This document shows positions 17,379-26,420 of a DNA stretch of 26,625 nt, piece after piece (position 1 is the first letter of the stretch; each line of letters starts with the position of its first letter). Origin of the DNA: Candidatus Nanohaloarchaea archaeon (lineage in GTDB: Archaea; Nanohalarchaeota; Nanosalinia; Nanosalinales; Nanosalinaceae); the NCBI GenBank assembly GCA_047617745.1, contig JBLGBN010000013.1, positions 1 through 26,625 of the forward strand. Reading direction: 5' to 3'. Both the position numbers and the translations under genes were made by a program. The notes beneath the pieces were generated by a model. That model had not been told where the DNA came from, did not search any database, and was given only the letters and a program-made list of their open reading frames with translations.

Positions 17379-18497
17379 CTACAGGTAACCGAAGCTCAGA
17401 AGTAGGTAAGCTGCACCTGCTATGACGGCTACCGCGGCAATTACAAACGTTGAAGAGGCCGAGACACTTCCACTTATATTTCCAATACTTGGTAGATTTC
17501 TTTCCGTTTTGCTTATTTCCCTTTCAATTTTATCTATTTCTTCTTCCTCTCTTCCCAGAACTTGCTGAGCCTCCTGGTATACCTCCTCGATTCTCTCTAT
17601 CATCTGCTTGAGTTTTCTCTGCCTTCTCGCCGTCTGTTTATTGGCGACCTTTACCAACTCTCTATGGATCTTGTCTAGATACTTCAGTACATTTTCAAGT
17701 TTTCCCTGGATAATCGCTTCTAACCAGTCTGCATCTTCTTCTAATCGAGTTACTTCGTTTTTAAGTTCAGTATTAAGATTTACTAGAAAGTTTTCCTCTC
17801 TCCTCTCCATTGCCTCTAGTTTTGAGACCTGCTGGATTTCCTGCTGAGCTTCTTTTGCTGCTTTATCATCCGCTTGTTGTTTTGCTTCCTGTCCTAAAAC
17901 CTTTACTTCGCCCTCAGAATGCTTTATCTCTACTTTTTCCTCTTCGAGCTCTTGGAAGACCTGCGTTTCCTCTACTTCGGTCTCCTCCACTTCTTCCACA
18001 AGCCTCAGTATCTGATCCGTAACAGTTTTGGATTTCTTCAGAGCATCCATTAGTTCTTCGAGTATAGAATCAAGTTGTTTGATAGTTTTTCCGAGGTTAA
18101 ACTCTCGAGGATTTTCTGGATCTAGATCTTCTTCCAGCTCCTCCGCTACCTCTCCAAGTTTTCGAGTTAGATCTGCTACTTCATTTTCCAGAGACTCAAG
18201 TTCGTTTTCTATAAGCTCCTCTTCATCTTCCTCGAACTCTATCTCCTTTTTGATCTCCTTAAGAATCTGCTGTGTTAGCTCCTCTATGCTCTCCAGTTCC
18301 TGTATAACCTCTTCCTCCTGTGCGCCTATTTTCTCAGGGTTGTCGCCCGCTTGTTCTTCTTCCTCTATCTGACCTTCCTTGCGTTCTACATCTTCTTCTG
18401 CTTCTTTAAGTTGCTCTTCCTTATTTTCTACATCTTCTTGTATCTCTTCTGTATTTTCTTGGTCTTCATTGACCCCTTCGAATGGATTATCTGGCAT
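17379..18497 (-). CDS. Highly acidic long coiled-coil protein with a single C-terminal transmembrane anchor
   Basis: E/K/Q/L-rich heptads over about 330 aa, a Ser/Gly linker, terminal FVIAAVAVIAGAAYLLLSFGYL; no signal peptide. Confidence 0.85.
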   Translation of the reverse strand: MPDNPFEGVNEDQENTEEIQEDVENKEEQLKEAEEDVERKEGQIEEEEQAGDNPEKIGAQEEEVIQELESIEELTQQILKEIKKEIEFEEDEEELIENELESLENEVADLTRKLGEVAEELEEDLDPENPREFNLGKTIKQLDSILEELMDALKKSKTVTDQILRLVEEVEETEVEETQVFQELEEEKVEIKHSEGEVKVLGQEAKQQADDKAAKEAQQEIQQVSKLEAMERREENFLVNLNTELKNEVTRLEEDADWLEAIIQGKLENVLKYLDKIHRELVKVANKQTARRQRKLKQMIERIEEVYQEAQQVLGREEEEIDKIEREISKTERNLPSIGNISGSVSASSTFVIAAVAVIAGAAYLLLSFGYL

Positions 18498-18543
18498 TTA
18501 CAACTATTTTATCGGGGTTTATGATAAATCTAATCTTCGGCTG

Positions 18544-20106
18544 CTATTTCTGGTAGATAAATATTCCATAAATGAGCTCAAGCAGACCTATATACAGAAA
18601 TACTCTACTGTAAACTGAGGCAGCTATTAGAAGACATGAAGATATTATTAGAGCTACAGGCAGAAGGTCGATTTCAGGCGTTTTAGTTTCTACTTTAATG
18701 GTTTGTTGCTGTTTTTCCTCCAGTTTTTTGTTCAGTTTTGAGGGAAGCTCTGTCAGGACGTCCTGATTTTTGATCATGTTGAGCGTCAGGTCCTTCGCCA
18801 TGGTTTTTGGATCGTTCTGTTTGAGTAGTAGTTCTTCTACCTCGTCCTGGAACTCGTCCTGTAGCTGGAAGTCCGGGAATATTTTGAGGCCGATACCCTC
18901 CATTGTGAGTATTCCTTTTCCTATCAAAGTGATCTTTGTGGGGAGGAAGAATCCGTTTTCGGCAGAACTTTTGGAGATTTTTATGAGGATTTTGCTTATA
19001 CTCTGCTCTTCTATCGTGCTGTCTCTAAGTTTCAGCAGCTGTTTTTCAAGTTCTCTTTTCAGTTTCTCCTCGTTTGTGTTCTGTCCTGTGGTGGATAGTG
19101 ATTTTATCGTGTCCATCAAGCCCTCAACATCTTCTCTTGATGCCTCAAGCATCATTATACCCAGTTTCTTGCGAGTTTCGGGCGTTATACGGGTCATCAT
19201 ACCGAAGTCGAGGAATACCAGGTTGCCTTCATGGTCGACCATAAAATTGGATGGGTGAGGGTCGGCGTGGAGAAGCCCGTCTCTAAGGATCTGGCGCAGT
19301 ACAGCTCTTATTCCGGTTCTGGCTATTTCTTTCTGATCTATATCCATGTCCCGGATTCTCTCAATATCATCGCATTTCACAGCGTCGATATACTCCATTG
19401 TCAGCACTTTCTCAGAACTGTAATCCGGGTAGAGGTCAGGTACCCGTACGTTTTCTTCCTCTTCCATGTTTTTCTTGAATGCGGAGGCGTTGCGTAACTC
19501 TTTTTTGAAATCAAGTTCATCTTTTGTCCATTCTGCGAATTCCTCTACTTCTCCATGTAAGAAGTTGTTTCCGACATTTGTGTGTTTGTCAGCTTTTTTT
19601 GCTATATAGAGAAGTATATCCAGATCTTTCTCGACCTGCTTCTTTACTCCCGGCCTTCTGATTTTGAGTACTACTTCTTCACCTGATTTCAGTTTTGCCC
19701 TGTGTACTTGCGCTATTGAGGCGGCTGCTATAGGTTCTTCGTCAAATTCTTTCAGGTTGTCTAGGCCTATCTCCTTATCAACTATCTGTCGGGCTTCCTC
19801 ATGGGGGAATTGAGGGGCTGAATCTTCAAGCTTCTCGAGTTCTTTACAGTATCTTTCCGGTATTATGTCAGGTCTTTCAGAAAGTATCTGCCCGAACTTG
19901 ATGTATGTTGTTCCCAGTCTTTCAATTGTTTCTCTCAACCTCTCGGGGCGTGTCTCACGTTTCTGATTCATAATCCGGGTGGTGAGCGGGACATGCTTCG
20001 ACAGATTGAGGGTATCTAGTAGGAAGCCGAAGCCTTCCTTGGTTAGTATGGTGAGAACCTCCTTGAATCTTCTGAAATCCTGGAGCTCCCGTTTTGGATG
20101 CCGCAT
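18544..20106 (-). CDS. UbiB/AarF/ABC1 family atypical kinase
   Basis: IKFGQ (KxGQ), AAASIAQVH, VVLKIRRP, HADPHPSN and LDFG; two C-terminal TM helices. Confidence 0.95.
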   Translation of the reverse strand: MRHPKRELQDFRRFKEVLTILTKEGFGFLLDTLNLSKHVPLTTRIMNQKRETRPERLRETIERLGTTYIKFGQILSERPDIIPERYCKELEKLEDSAPQFPHEEARQIVDKEIGLDNLKEFDEEPIAAASIAQVHRAKLKSGEEVVLKIRRPGVKKQVEKDLDILLYIAKKADKHTNVGNNFLHGEVEEFAEWTKDELDFKKELRNASAFKKNMEEEENVRVPDLYPDYSSEKVLTMEYIDAVKCDDIERIRDMDIDQKEIARTGIRAVLRQILRDGLLHADPHPSNFMVDHEGNLVFLDFGMMTRITPETRKKLGIMMLEASREDVEGLMDTIKSLSTTGQNTNEEKLKRELEKQLLKLRDSTIEEQSISKILIKISKSSAENGFFLPTKITLIGKGILTMEGIGLKIFPDFQLQDEFQDEVEELLLKQNDPKTMAKDLTLNMIKNQDVLTELPSKLNKKLEEKQQQTIKVETKTPEIDLLPVALIISSCLLIAASVYSRVFLYIGLLELIYGIFIYQK

Positions 20107-20146
20107 AGATTATTCTTATCTGGCCTTGTTTACTAAAGTGTAGCTT

Positions 20147-20464
20147 TTACGCGAGAAAAATGAAGTAAAGAGCGGATACTATCATGAAGGGTAGTAGGAC
20201 GTAAATTACGAATTTTACATAGGCAGGGCCAAAATTGGTATCTTCTCTAGTATACTCTTCTCCTGGTTCGAATTCGATATTTTCTTCTTCCTTCTCTTGG
20301 AAATCTTCTTCTGGATCTCCTTCAGGCATAATACCTACATAACCGCATTCCCTGCACTTCCATTTGTTCGGGTTTCCACCTGAGAAATAGACTTCTGCTC
20401 TGTTCGAGGTATCGGGTTCTACCCAGTCTGAACCGCAGTTGGGGCAGAACCTTTTCTGTTTCAT
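20147..20464 (-). CDS. Zinc-ribbon protein with C-terminal TM helix
   Basis: CPNC...CREC, acidic linker, terminal FVIYVLLPFMIVSALYFIFLA. Confidence 0.85.
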   Translation of the reverse strand: MKQKRFCPNCGSDWVEPDTSNRAEVYFSGGNPNKWKCRECGYVGIMPEGDPEEDFQEKEEENIEFEPGEEYTREDTNFGPAYVKFVIYVLLPFMIVSALYFIFLA

Positions 20465-20495
20465 GTAAAGGTTTAGAAGTTAAAGCTGAATAGTC

Positions 20496-20918
20496 TTACT
20501 CTACGACTACTTCGTCGACTCCGTGTGTTCTCTGAAGTACTTCTCTGATTGAGTCGATCTTGTTGCCGTTCTTCCCTACTACTCGTCCTTTGTTGTCTGA
20601 TGACACTGAGATTTCCACTTTTTTGTTTCCATCTTCTTCCTCAATGTCTACTCCTCTCAGGTCAGCTGGCACCAGGTTGTTGAGGAATTTACCTAGGTTG
20701 TCGCTGTATTCGTAGATCTTTACGTCTTTACCCAGTTTGTTCTGGATTTTCTTCACTATTTTTCCGCCTTTTCCGATTGCCATACCTGCTTTTCCTTCAG
20801 GAACTACGAAGTAAACTTCGTCTTCTTTTGTGATGACATCAACAGCTTCTACGCCGGTGATGGATTCGAACATGTTCATGGTTCGGATGTTTTCTGTGTC
20901 GTACTTTACTGTCGCCAT
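20496..20918 (-). CDS. nusA: Archaeal transcription elongation factor NusA (two KH domains)
   Basis: FESITG, GMAIGKGG and GRVVGKNG; located after rpoA''. Confidence 0.95.
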   Translation of the reverse strand: MATVKYDTENIRTMNMFESITGVEAVDVITKEDEVYFVVPEGKAGMAIGKGGKIVKKIQNKLGKDVKIYEYSDNLGKFLNNLVPADLRGVDIEEEDGNKKVEISVSSDNKGRVVGKNGNKIDSIREVLQRTHGVDEVVVE

Positions 20919-20977
20919 ATTATATGCCTCTTAGAACTGTAATTGTGTCCAAAGTCTGTAATCAAAAGTTGAACACA

Positions 20978-21009
20978 AGTTTTTATAAACCCCTTTGATT
21001 AGAGGGTTT
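20978..21009 (-). promoter_or_regulatory. Hairpin after the rpoA'' stop overlapping a TATA box upstream of nusA
   Basis: Minus strand AAACCCTCTAATCAAAGGGGTTT running into TTTATAAAAACT. Confidence 0.5.
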
Positions 21010-22118
21010 TAATCCTGGTTAAAACCAGGTTTTAGGTCGACCGTGCCTGTACCTGTTGGTACTGCCTGGCCGAGCATCAGGTTTTCAATGATTCCATCGA
21101 GATCGTCTGTTTCCCCATGGAGTGAAGCGTTTGTGAGATGTTTCTTTGTCTCCTCGTAGGCCGATCTTGCGAGAACCGAGTCCTTGTTTCCAACAATTCC
21201 GTATCTTGTGGTTCCGTTGAGTTCTCCTTCCTTGGTCATCATGTCCGCGAGGAGCATGATGTGTCTGTCGTTCACTCCGATACCCTGTTTCTCAAGTGTC
21301 TCGTTGATCTCTTCGACAATTCTCTGTCTAAGTGCTTCAACTCCGAGAACTTTCTTGATCTCGTACAGGTGGTTAGAAATAGTTCTGTTCTCATCGACTT
21401 CCTTTATTTTGAGGGTCTTTCTTAGTGATGTTCCTGCTGTTTGAAGTCTCCATTCTCCGTCTTCTTCGCTGACAACTACCTGTTCGATGCCTTTGATTCC
21501 TTTGATTCTTGCCTCTTCCGCGTCTGTTTTGAGGTCTTTCAGGTCTCTGAGATCGTAGTCGTCTTCTGTTGATTCAAGTACTATTTCGCCGTCGTTGACT
21601 GTGACTTTCGCCTTCTTGACTGACTCCTTGATCCTGGATCTGATGTCTTCTCCGTCGACATCGTAGTCCTCTGTTAGATCCTGGTTCAGTTCGTATTCAA
21701 CTTTGAGCCCCATAATGTCAAGGGTGTCCTTTCTGATCAGGTCGCCGAACTTGACTTCTCTTAGTTTTCTTGCTACCTTCTTTGCGTCTTCTTCGTTGCT
21801 GTAATCGTCGTGAAGGTAGACGTCCATCGCCGGTGTCTTAGGGTTTCGTCTTGCATCAACAATCTCTTCCAGTCTTGGAAGTCCTGCTGTCAGGGATACG
21901 GATGCGGCTCCTGCTGAGTGGTATGTTTCCATGGTCAACTGGGTTGCCGGTTCTCCGAGTGACTGTGCTGCTACCGCCCCGATTGATTCTCCGGGTTCGT
22001 ACTGCATCTGCTCGTATCTTTCCTTGAGTTTTTCCTCCTGTTCTTCTGTTAGATCCAGGTTTTGGTATTTTTCCGGTAGCTCCTGTGCTCGTTCTTTCCA
22101 GTTAAGTTTGTCTGTCAT
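21009..22118 (-). CDS. rpoA2: DNA-directed RNA polymerase subunit A'' (Rpo1C)
   Basis: AAQSLGEPATQ, GLPRLEEI, RHIMLLADMMT, LARSAYE and GTG; SD GAGGTGATCC. Confidence 0.98.
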   Translation of the reverse strand: MTDKLNWKERAQELPEKYQNLDLTEEQEEKLKERYEQMQYEPGESIGAVAAQSLGEPATQLTMETYHSAGAASVSLTAGLPRLEEIVDARRNPKTPAMDVYLHDDYSNEEDAKKVARKLREVKFGDLIRKDTLDIMGLKVEYELNQDLTEDYDVDGEDIRSRIKESVKKAKVTVNDGEIVLESTEDDYDLRDLKDLKTDAEEARIKGIKGIEQVVVSEEDGEWRLQTAGTSLRKTLKIKEVDENRTISNHLYEIKKVLGVEALRQRIVEEINETLEKQGIGVNDRHIMLLADMMTKEGELNGTTRYGIVGNKDSVLARSAYEETKKHLTNASLHGETDDLDGIIENLMLGQAVPTGTGTVDLKPGFNQD

Positions 22119-22131
22119 TTTTGGATCACCT

Positions 22132-24603
22132 CTAGTTGGTTTCTATGTCGGTTGAAATCGTGCCTCTGTCGGATTTTTGTGGGTCCAGTCCGTCTTCTCC
22201 TGCTCTGAACTGGACTATGTCGTCCTGTGCGTTTCTCACTGTCTGATCTTCTCTTACTGTCAGATCCTGCAGTGAGTTGGATAGTCTCCGGTACATGTAT
22301 CCGGATGTCTTGGTTCGGAGCGACTTGTCCATCAGTGCCTTTCTCTGAGCCATCTGGTGGAAGAAGATTTCCTGTGCATCCATTCCTTCCAGGATGTTCG
22401 AGGATACGAATCCTCTTGCTTTTGGACTTAGCTCTCCTTTCTTGAAGTGGCTGGTTGTTCTGTCTTTGTATCCTCTGTTGATTCTCTGGTCTCTTACAGA
22501 GTTCTGCCCCATAAGCCCGGCCATGGTTGTAACGTTCTCCATGGATCCTCTTGCTCCTGAGTCGGCCATGATGTAGGCTGAGGATTCTTCGTCTACGTTG
22601 TCTCGGATGATTTCTCCAATGTCTGTGAAGACTTCGTTGAGTGTCTGTGTCATTCTGATTTCTCTTGTTTCGTCGAGTGTCTTTCCTGTGATTGGCTCCA
22701 TTTCTCCTTCTCTGTAATCCTCGATTACCTGGTCTGCGTCGTCCAGTGTTTCCTCGATTAGTTCGTGGATGTTGTCTGTCGCGTCGTCAGGTACTTCCAG
22801 GTCTTCTACTGAGATTGAGAATCCTCTTCTTGTGAGGTATACTGCTCCAATTCGGGAGACTCTGTTGAGGAATTCCGTTACTTTCTCGGATCCGTACTCG
22901 ATCTTGAGCTGCTGGATGATTTCTCCTCCGTAGTCTCCGAGTGCATCTTCGTCCAGAATTCCTTCTACGAGTTCTCCTTCCTCAATTACTACTTCGTTTT
23001 CCTCTCCTTCGTTGATTGTGAGCGAGATGTCGTCCGGTATGAAAAGCGAGACGAGTTCTCTTCCTGTGATTGTGTCTTTTCCTTCAGGAAGGCTTTTTTC
23101 GTGCTCCCCTGCTTCTGCGAGCAGGTTGAATGCTTTCTCTCTTGAGAGCTCCATGTCCTCCTGTGTAAGGAGGTAGAGCCCTGATACGTAGTCCTGGAGC
23201 ATGCCGACGATCGGTCCTCCCATCTTCGGTGATTTGACGTGCTCCTGTACTTTGAGTAGTTCTTCTGCTTCTGCACGTGCTTCTTCTGTCTGTGGGATGT
23301 GGAGGTTCATCTCGTCTCCGTCGAAGTCTGCGTTGTATGGTGCGCAGACGTTCGGGTTGATTCGGAATGTTCGGTATGGGAGAACTCTCACGTGGTGTGC
23401 CATGATTGACATTCTGTGTAGGCTTGGTTGCCTGTTGAACAGTGAGATATCTCCGTCCATTAGATGTCTTTCGAACTCCCATCCTTCTTCTGGCTCTATT
23501 AATTCTTTCAGTTCTTCCTTGTTTTCTTCTCCCACTCTTCGTCTTCTTCCGTCAGGCTGGAAGACGTAGTTTACTCCGGGATGTGTCTCTCTTCCGTTTT
23601 CGATCCACTGTTTGACATCCTCGATGTTTTCCTCTGTTACTTTTTTCTTGACTGTCAGTTTCTTGGCTACCTGTTTAGGTACTCCGACTTCGTTGATGCC
23701 AATGTTTGGATCCGGAGTGATTACTGTTCTTGCCGAGAAGTTGACTCTCTTTCCTATCAGGTTCTGTCTGAATCTTCCTTCCTTGCCCTGTACTCTTTCG
23801 ATCAGAGATTTGAGGCTTCTTCCGGATCGGTGTCTTGCCGGTGGTACCCCGGACATGTCGTTGTAGAAAAGTGTTGATACGTGGTACTGCAGTAGTTCGT
23901 GGAGGTCGTCGATAATGAATTCTGGTGCCTCGATTTCGATGTTGTTCTGCAGTCTCTTGTTAATCCTGATGACATCGACCAGTTTGTGTGTGATGTCGTC
24001 TTCTGATCTCTCTCCTGTCTCCAGTGTGATTGAAGGTCTCATTGTTACCGGTGGTACCGGGAGGTGTGAGATGATCAGATCTTCCGGTCTTCCGCCCTCT
24101 ACTCCGAGGACTGCTGCGTCTTCATCGCTGATCTCTTCGAATCTTTCTTCAATATCTTCAGGCTTCAGCTCTTCGCCGTCTTCGTAGAAAGAGTACGGCT
24201 TGTCGAGCTTGACGTCCTTCATTTCTTCCCCACACTCGGGGCATTCATTCATCATGTTGGACTTTCTGTATGATTTGTCTTCGTCTTTCATCGCGAGTGA
24301 GGCGCATTCTGTGCATGTGAATCTGAGCAGGTTCTTGACCTTCTTTGCGTGGAGTACGTGAACTACAGGACGGGAAAGTGTGATCTTCCCGAAGTGTCCT
24401 TTGCATTCCCGGATTCGTCCGCCACATGTCTGGCATGTCATTCCTGGGTCGATAACTCCTAGTGCAGGGTCCATTACTCCGTCTTCTACAGGGAATCCGT
24501 CGGCGTCGTATACTTCCGCCTTGTCAATTTCCTTGACAGCCATTTTGTCGATTTTTTCTGGGCTTACGATTCCAAAGTCAATTTTTTCGATATTTTTTGT
24601 CAT
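22132..24603 (-). CDS. rpoA1: DNA-directed RNA polymerase subunit A' (Rpo1N)
   Basis: CQTC..CKGHFG, GKRVNFSARTVI, NRQPSLH and catalytic YNADFDGDEMN. Confidence 0.99.
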   Translation of the reverse strand: MTKNIEKIDFGIVSPEKIDKMAVKEIDKAEVYDADGFPVEDGVMDPALGVIDPGMTCQTCGGRIRECKGHFGKITLSRPVVHVLHAKKVKNLLRFTCTECASLAMKDEDKSYRKSNMMNECPECGEEMKDVKLDKPYSFYEDGEELKPEDIEERFEEISDEDAAVLGVEGGRPEDLIISHLPVPPVTMRPSITLETGERSEDDITHKLVDVIRINKRLQNNIEIEAPEFIIDDLHELLQYHVSTLFYNDMSGVPPARHRSGRSLKSLIERVQGKEGRFRQNLIGKRVNFSARTVITPDPNIGINEVGVPKQVAKKLTVKKKVTEENIEDVKQWIENGRETHPGVNYVFQPDGRRRRVGEENKEELKELIEPEEGWEFERHLMDGDISLFNRQPSLHRMSIMAHHVRVLPYRTFRINPNVCAPYNADFDGDEMNLHIPQTEEARAEAEELLKVQEHVKSPKMGGPIVGMLQDYVSGLYLLTQEDMELSREKAFNLLAEAGEHEKSLPEGKDTITGRELVSLFIPDDISLTINEGEENEVVIEEGELVEGILDEDALGDYGGEIIQQLKIEYGSEKVTEFLNRVSRIGAVYLTRRGFSISVEDLEVPDDATDNIHELIEETLDDADQVIEDYREGEMEPITGKTLDETREIRMTQTLNEVFTDIGEIIRDNVDEESSAYIMADSGARGSMENVTTMAGLMGQNSVRDQRINRGYKDRTTSHFKKGELSPKARGFVSSNILEGMDAQEIFFHQMAQRKALMDKSLRTKTSGYMYRRLSNSLQDLTVREDQTVRNAQDDIVQFRAGEDGLDPQKSDRGTISTDIETN

Positions 24604-24617
24604 TGTGGTAACCTCCT

Positions 24618-26420
24618 TTACTCGTCCTCCTCGAGTTCGAGCTCTGTGTCTATCATCATGGATTTTAGCTCGTTCATGAGGAGCAGGAAGGCGTGTGGTA
24701 CTTCGGTTTTATCCATGTCGCCTGCGTCGCAGTGTGGGCAGTAGTCTCTGTTTTCTGCCTTGTCGTGTATTCCCATTTCTCCACAGTTGTCACAGATCAT
24801 GATCTCTGTGGCGTCAGCTCCGAATCTTTCCTTGAGGAGCAGGGATGCTCCGTGTCCCACGAAGACATCCTTTTCCATCTCTCCGAGTCTTAGTCCTCCT
24901 TCCTGGGATCTTCCTTCGGTTGGTTGTTTGGTTAGAAGTGTTACCGGTCCTCTTGCTCTTGCGTGGATCTTGTCTCCGACCTGGTGGTCGAGCTTGAGGT
25001 AGTAACCTGGTCCGATCAGGATCTCTGCTTCCATCTTTTCTCCTGTTACTCCGTTGTACATTGTTTCCTTTCCGCTTCTTCTGAAGCCGAGCTCTTCCAG
25101 CTGATCTCGGAGTTCGTCTTTGTCTTCTGAGTGGAATGCGGTTCCGTCTACCGGCTCTCCTCTCATTGCTCCGACTTTCCCTCCGATGATCTCGATCAGC
25201 TGTGACACGGTCATACGGCTTGGGATCGCGTGTGTAGATAGTATCATGTCTGGTGTGATTCCCTGGTTTGTGAAAGGCATGTCTGCTTCCGGTACAATCA
25301 TTCCTACTGTTCCTTTCTGTCCGTGTCTTGTTGCGAACTTGTCGCCAAGCTCCGGGATTCTGTAATTCCTGAGTTTCAGTTTGATTAGTTTGTCTCCTTC
25401 ACCTGTCTCCGAGACCATTATGTTGTCTACTTTTCCTTCTTCTCCGTGTCGAACGGTGAGACTTGTTTCTCTTCTGTCTGCCAGTCCCATCTTTACTTCG
25501 TCCCCGCCTCCAGAGCCAAGGAACTTTGGAGGAGATGTTTTTCCTACAAGTACATCGTCGGATTCAACGTAGGTTTCAGGGTTGACGATTCCGTCCTCGT
25601 CTAGGTGTGCGTATGCTTCCTCGCTTCTGTATCCCCTGACGTCTTTGCCAGGTGTTCCTATTTCGTCTTTCTGTCCTCCCCAGAATCTCTGTGCCTCTGT
25701 CTTGTATGTTCTTGCGTATGTGCTTCGGCCTGTGCCTCTTTCAATCGAGGCTTTGTTCATGATGACAGCGTCCTCAATGTTGTATCCATCAAATGAGGCA
25801 AGTGCTACAACCATGTTCTGGCCGATCGGGTGGTTCTCCAGAAGTGTATCGTATGTCTGTGTCTCGACAATCGGCTGCTGTGGGTAGGTCATCACGTTTG
25901 AGTTAGTGTCAAATCTCTGTGGGAATTCTCTTGAGTACATTCCGATTCCCTGTCCGGACATCTTTGCTCCGAAGTTGACTCTGTCTCCTCTGTTGTGCTG
26001 TGGGAAGACTGTGAGTGATGCGGACAGTCCGTGTGTAATCGCCGGATCGATCTCCATGTGGGTGTGTTCTTCGGTTACTTCTTCTTCGTCCATCGCTACG
26101 TAGGTGTTTTCCTCTTCCTCTGCGTCAATGTACTCGATTACTCCTTCTTCCTCAAGATCCTGGAGTGTGATTTCTCCGGATTCGAGCTTTTCTCTCTGCT
26201 CGTCGTCCATCTGAGGTTCTCCGTCCTCTACGATGATTACCGGTCTCTGAACTCTTCCTGAGTCTGTGTTGATTCTGAGTTCGTCCTTGTCGTCTGCGTA
26301 GTATACAGATACCTGTTTGTCAATCTCTCCTGATCGTCTTCTCTCGATCAGAGATTCCTGCAGGTCTTCTGGTTCGTCGATTTCGTCAATGATTTCTCCG
26401 TCTAGGAATACCTTTGTCAC
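24618..26420 (-). CDS. rpoB1: DNA-directed RNA polymerase subunit B' (Rpo2C), GTG start
   Basis: GYNIEDA, GDKFATRHGQKG, PSRMT, GGLRLGEME and C-terminal Zn site; SD AGGTGATC. Confidence 0.98.
   Translation of the reverse strand: MTKVFLDGEIIDEIDEPEDLQESLIERRRSGEIDKQVSVYYADDKDELRINTDSGRVQRPVIIVEDGEPQMDDEQREKLESGEITLQDLEEEGVIEYIDAEEEENTYVAMDEEEVTEEHTHMEIDPAITHGLSASLTVFPQHNRGDRVNFGAKMSGQGIGMYSREFPQRFDTNSNVMTYPQQPIVETQTYDTLLENHPIGQNMVVALASFDGYNIEDAVIMNKASIERGTGRSTYARTYKTEAQRFWGGQKDEIGTPGKDVRGYRSEEAYAHLDEDGIVNPETYVESDDVLVGKTSPPKFLGSGGGDEVKMGLADRRETSLTVRHGEEGKVDNIMVSETGEGDKLIKLKLRNYRIPELGDKFATRHGQKGTVGMIVPEADMPFTNQGITPDMILSTHAIPSRMTVSQLIEIIGGKVGAMRGEPVDGTAFHSEDKDELRDQLEELGFRRSGKETMYNGVTGEKMEAEILIGPGYYLKLDHQVGDKIHARARGPVTLLTKQPTEGRSQEGGLRLGEMEKDVFVGHGASLLLKERFGADATEIMICDNCGEMGIHDKAENRDYCPHCDAGDMDKTEVPHAFLLLMNELKSMMIDTELELEEDE

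Noticed and set aside
796..26261. Many alternative-frame and antisense ORFs in the track (e.g. 1531..2058, 11515..12060, 12074..12607, 16727..17248, 18770..19258)
   Set aside because: They overlap well-supported genes and are mostly Ser/Phe-rich mirror translations of Glu/Asp/Lys-rich codons or Arg/Thr-rich shifted frames; no motifs.
714..26420. Inteins in RtcB or the RNA polymerase subunits
   Set aside because: Lengths are normal or short and conserved motifs are contiguous; no intein boundary or LAGLIDADG blocks seen.
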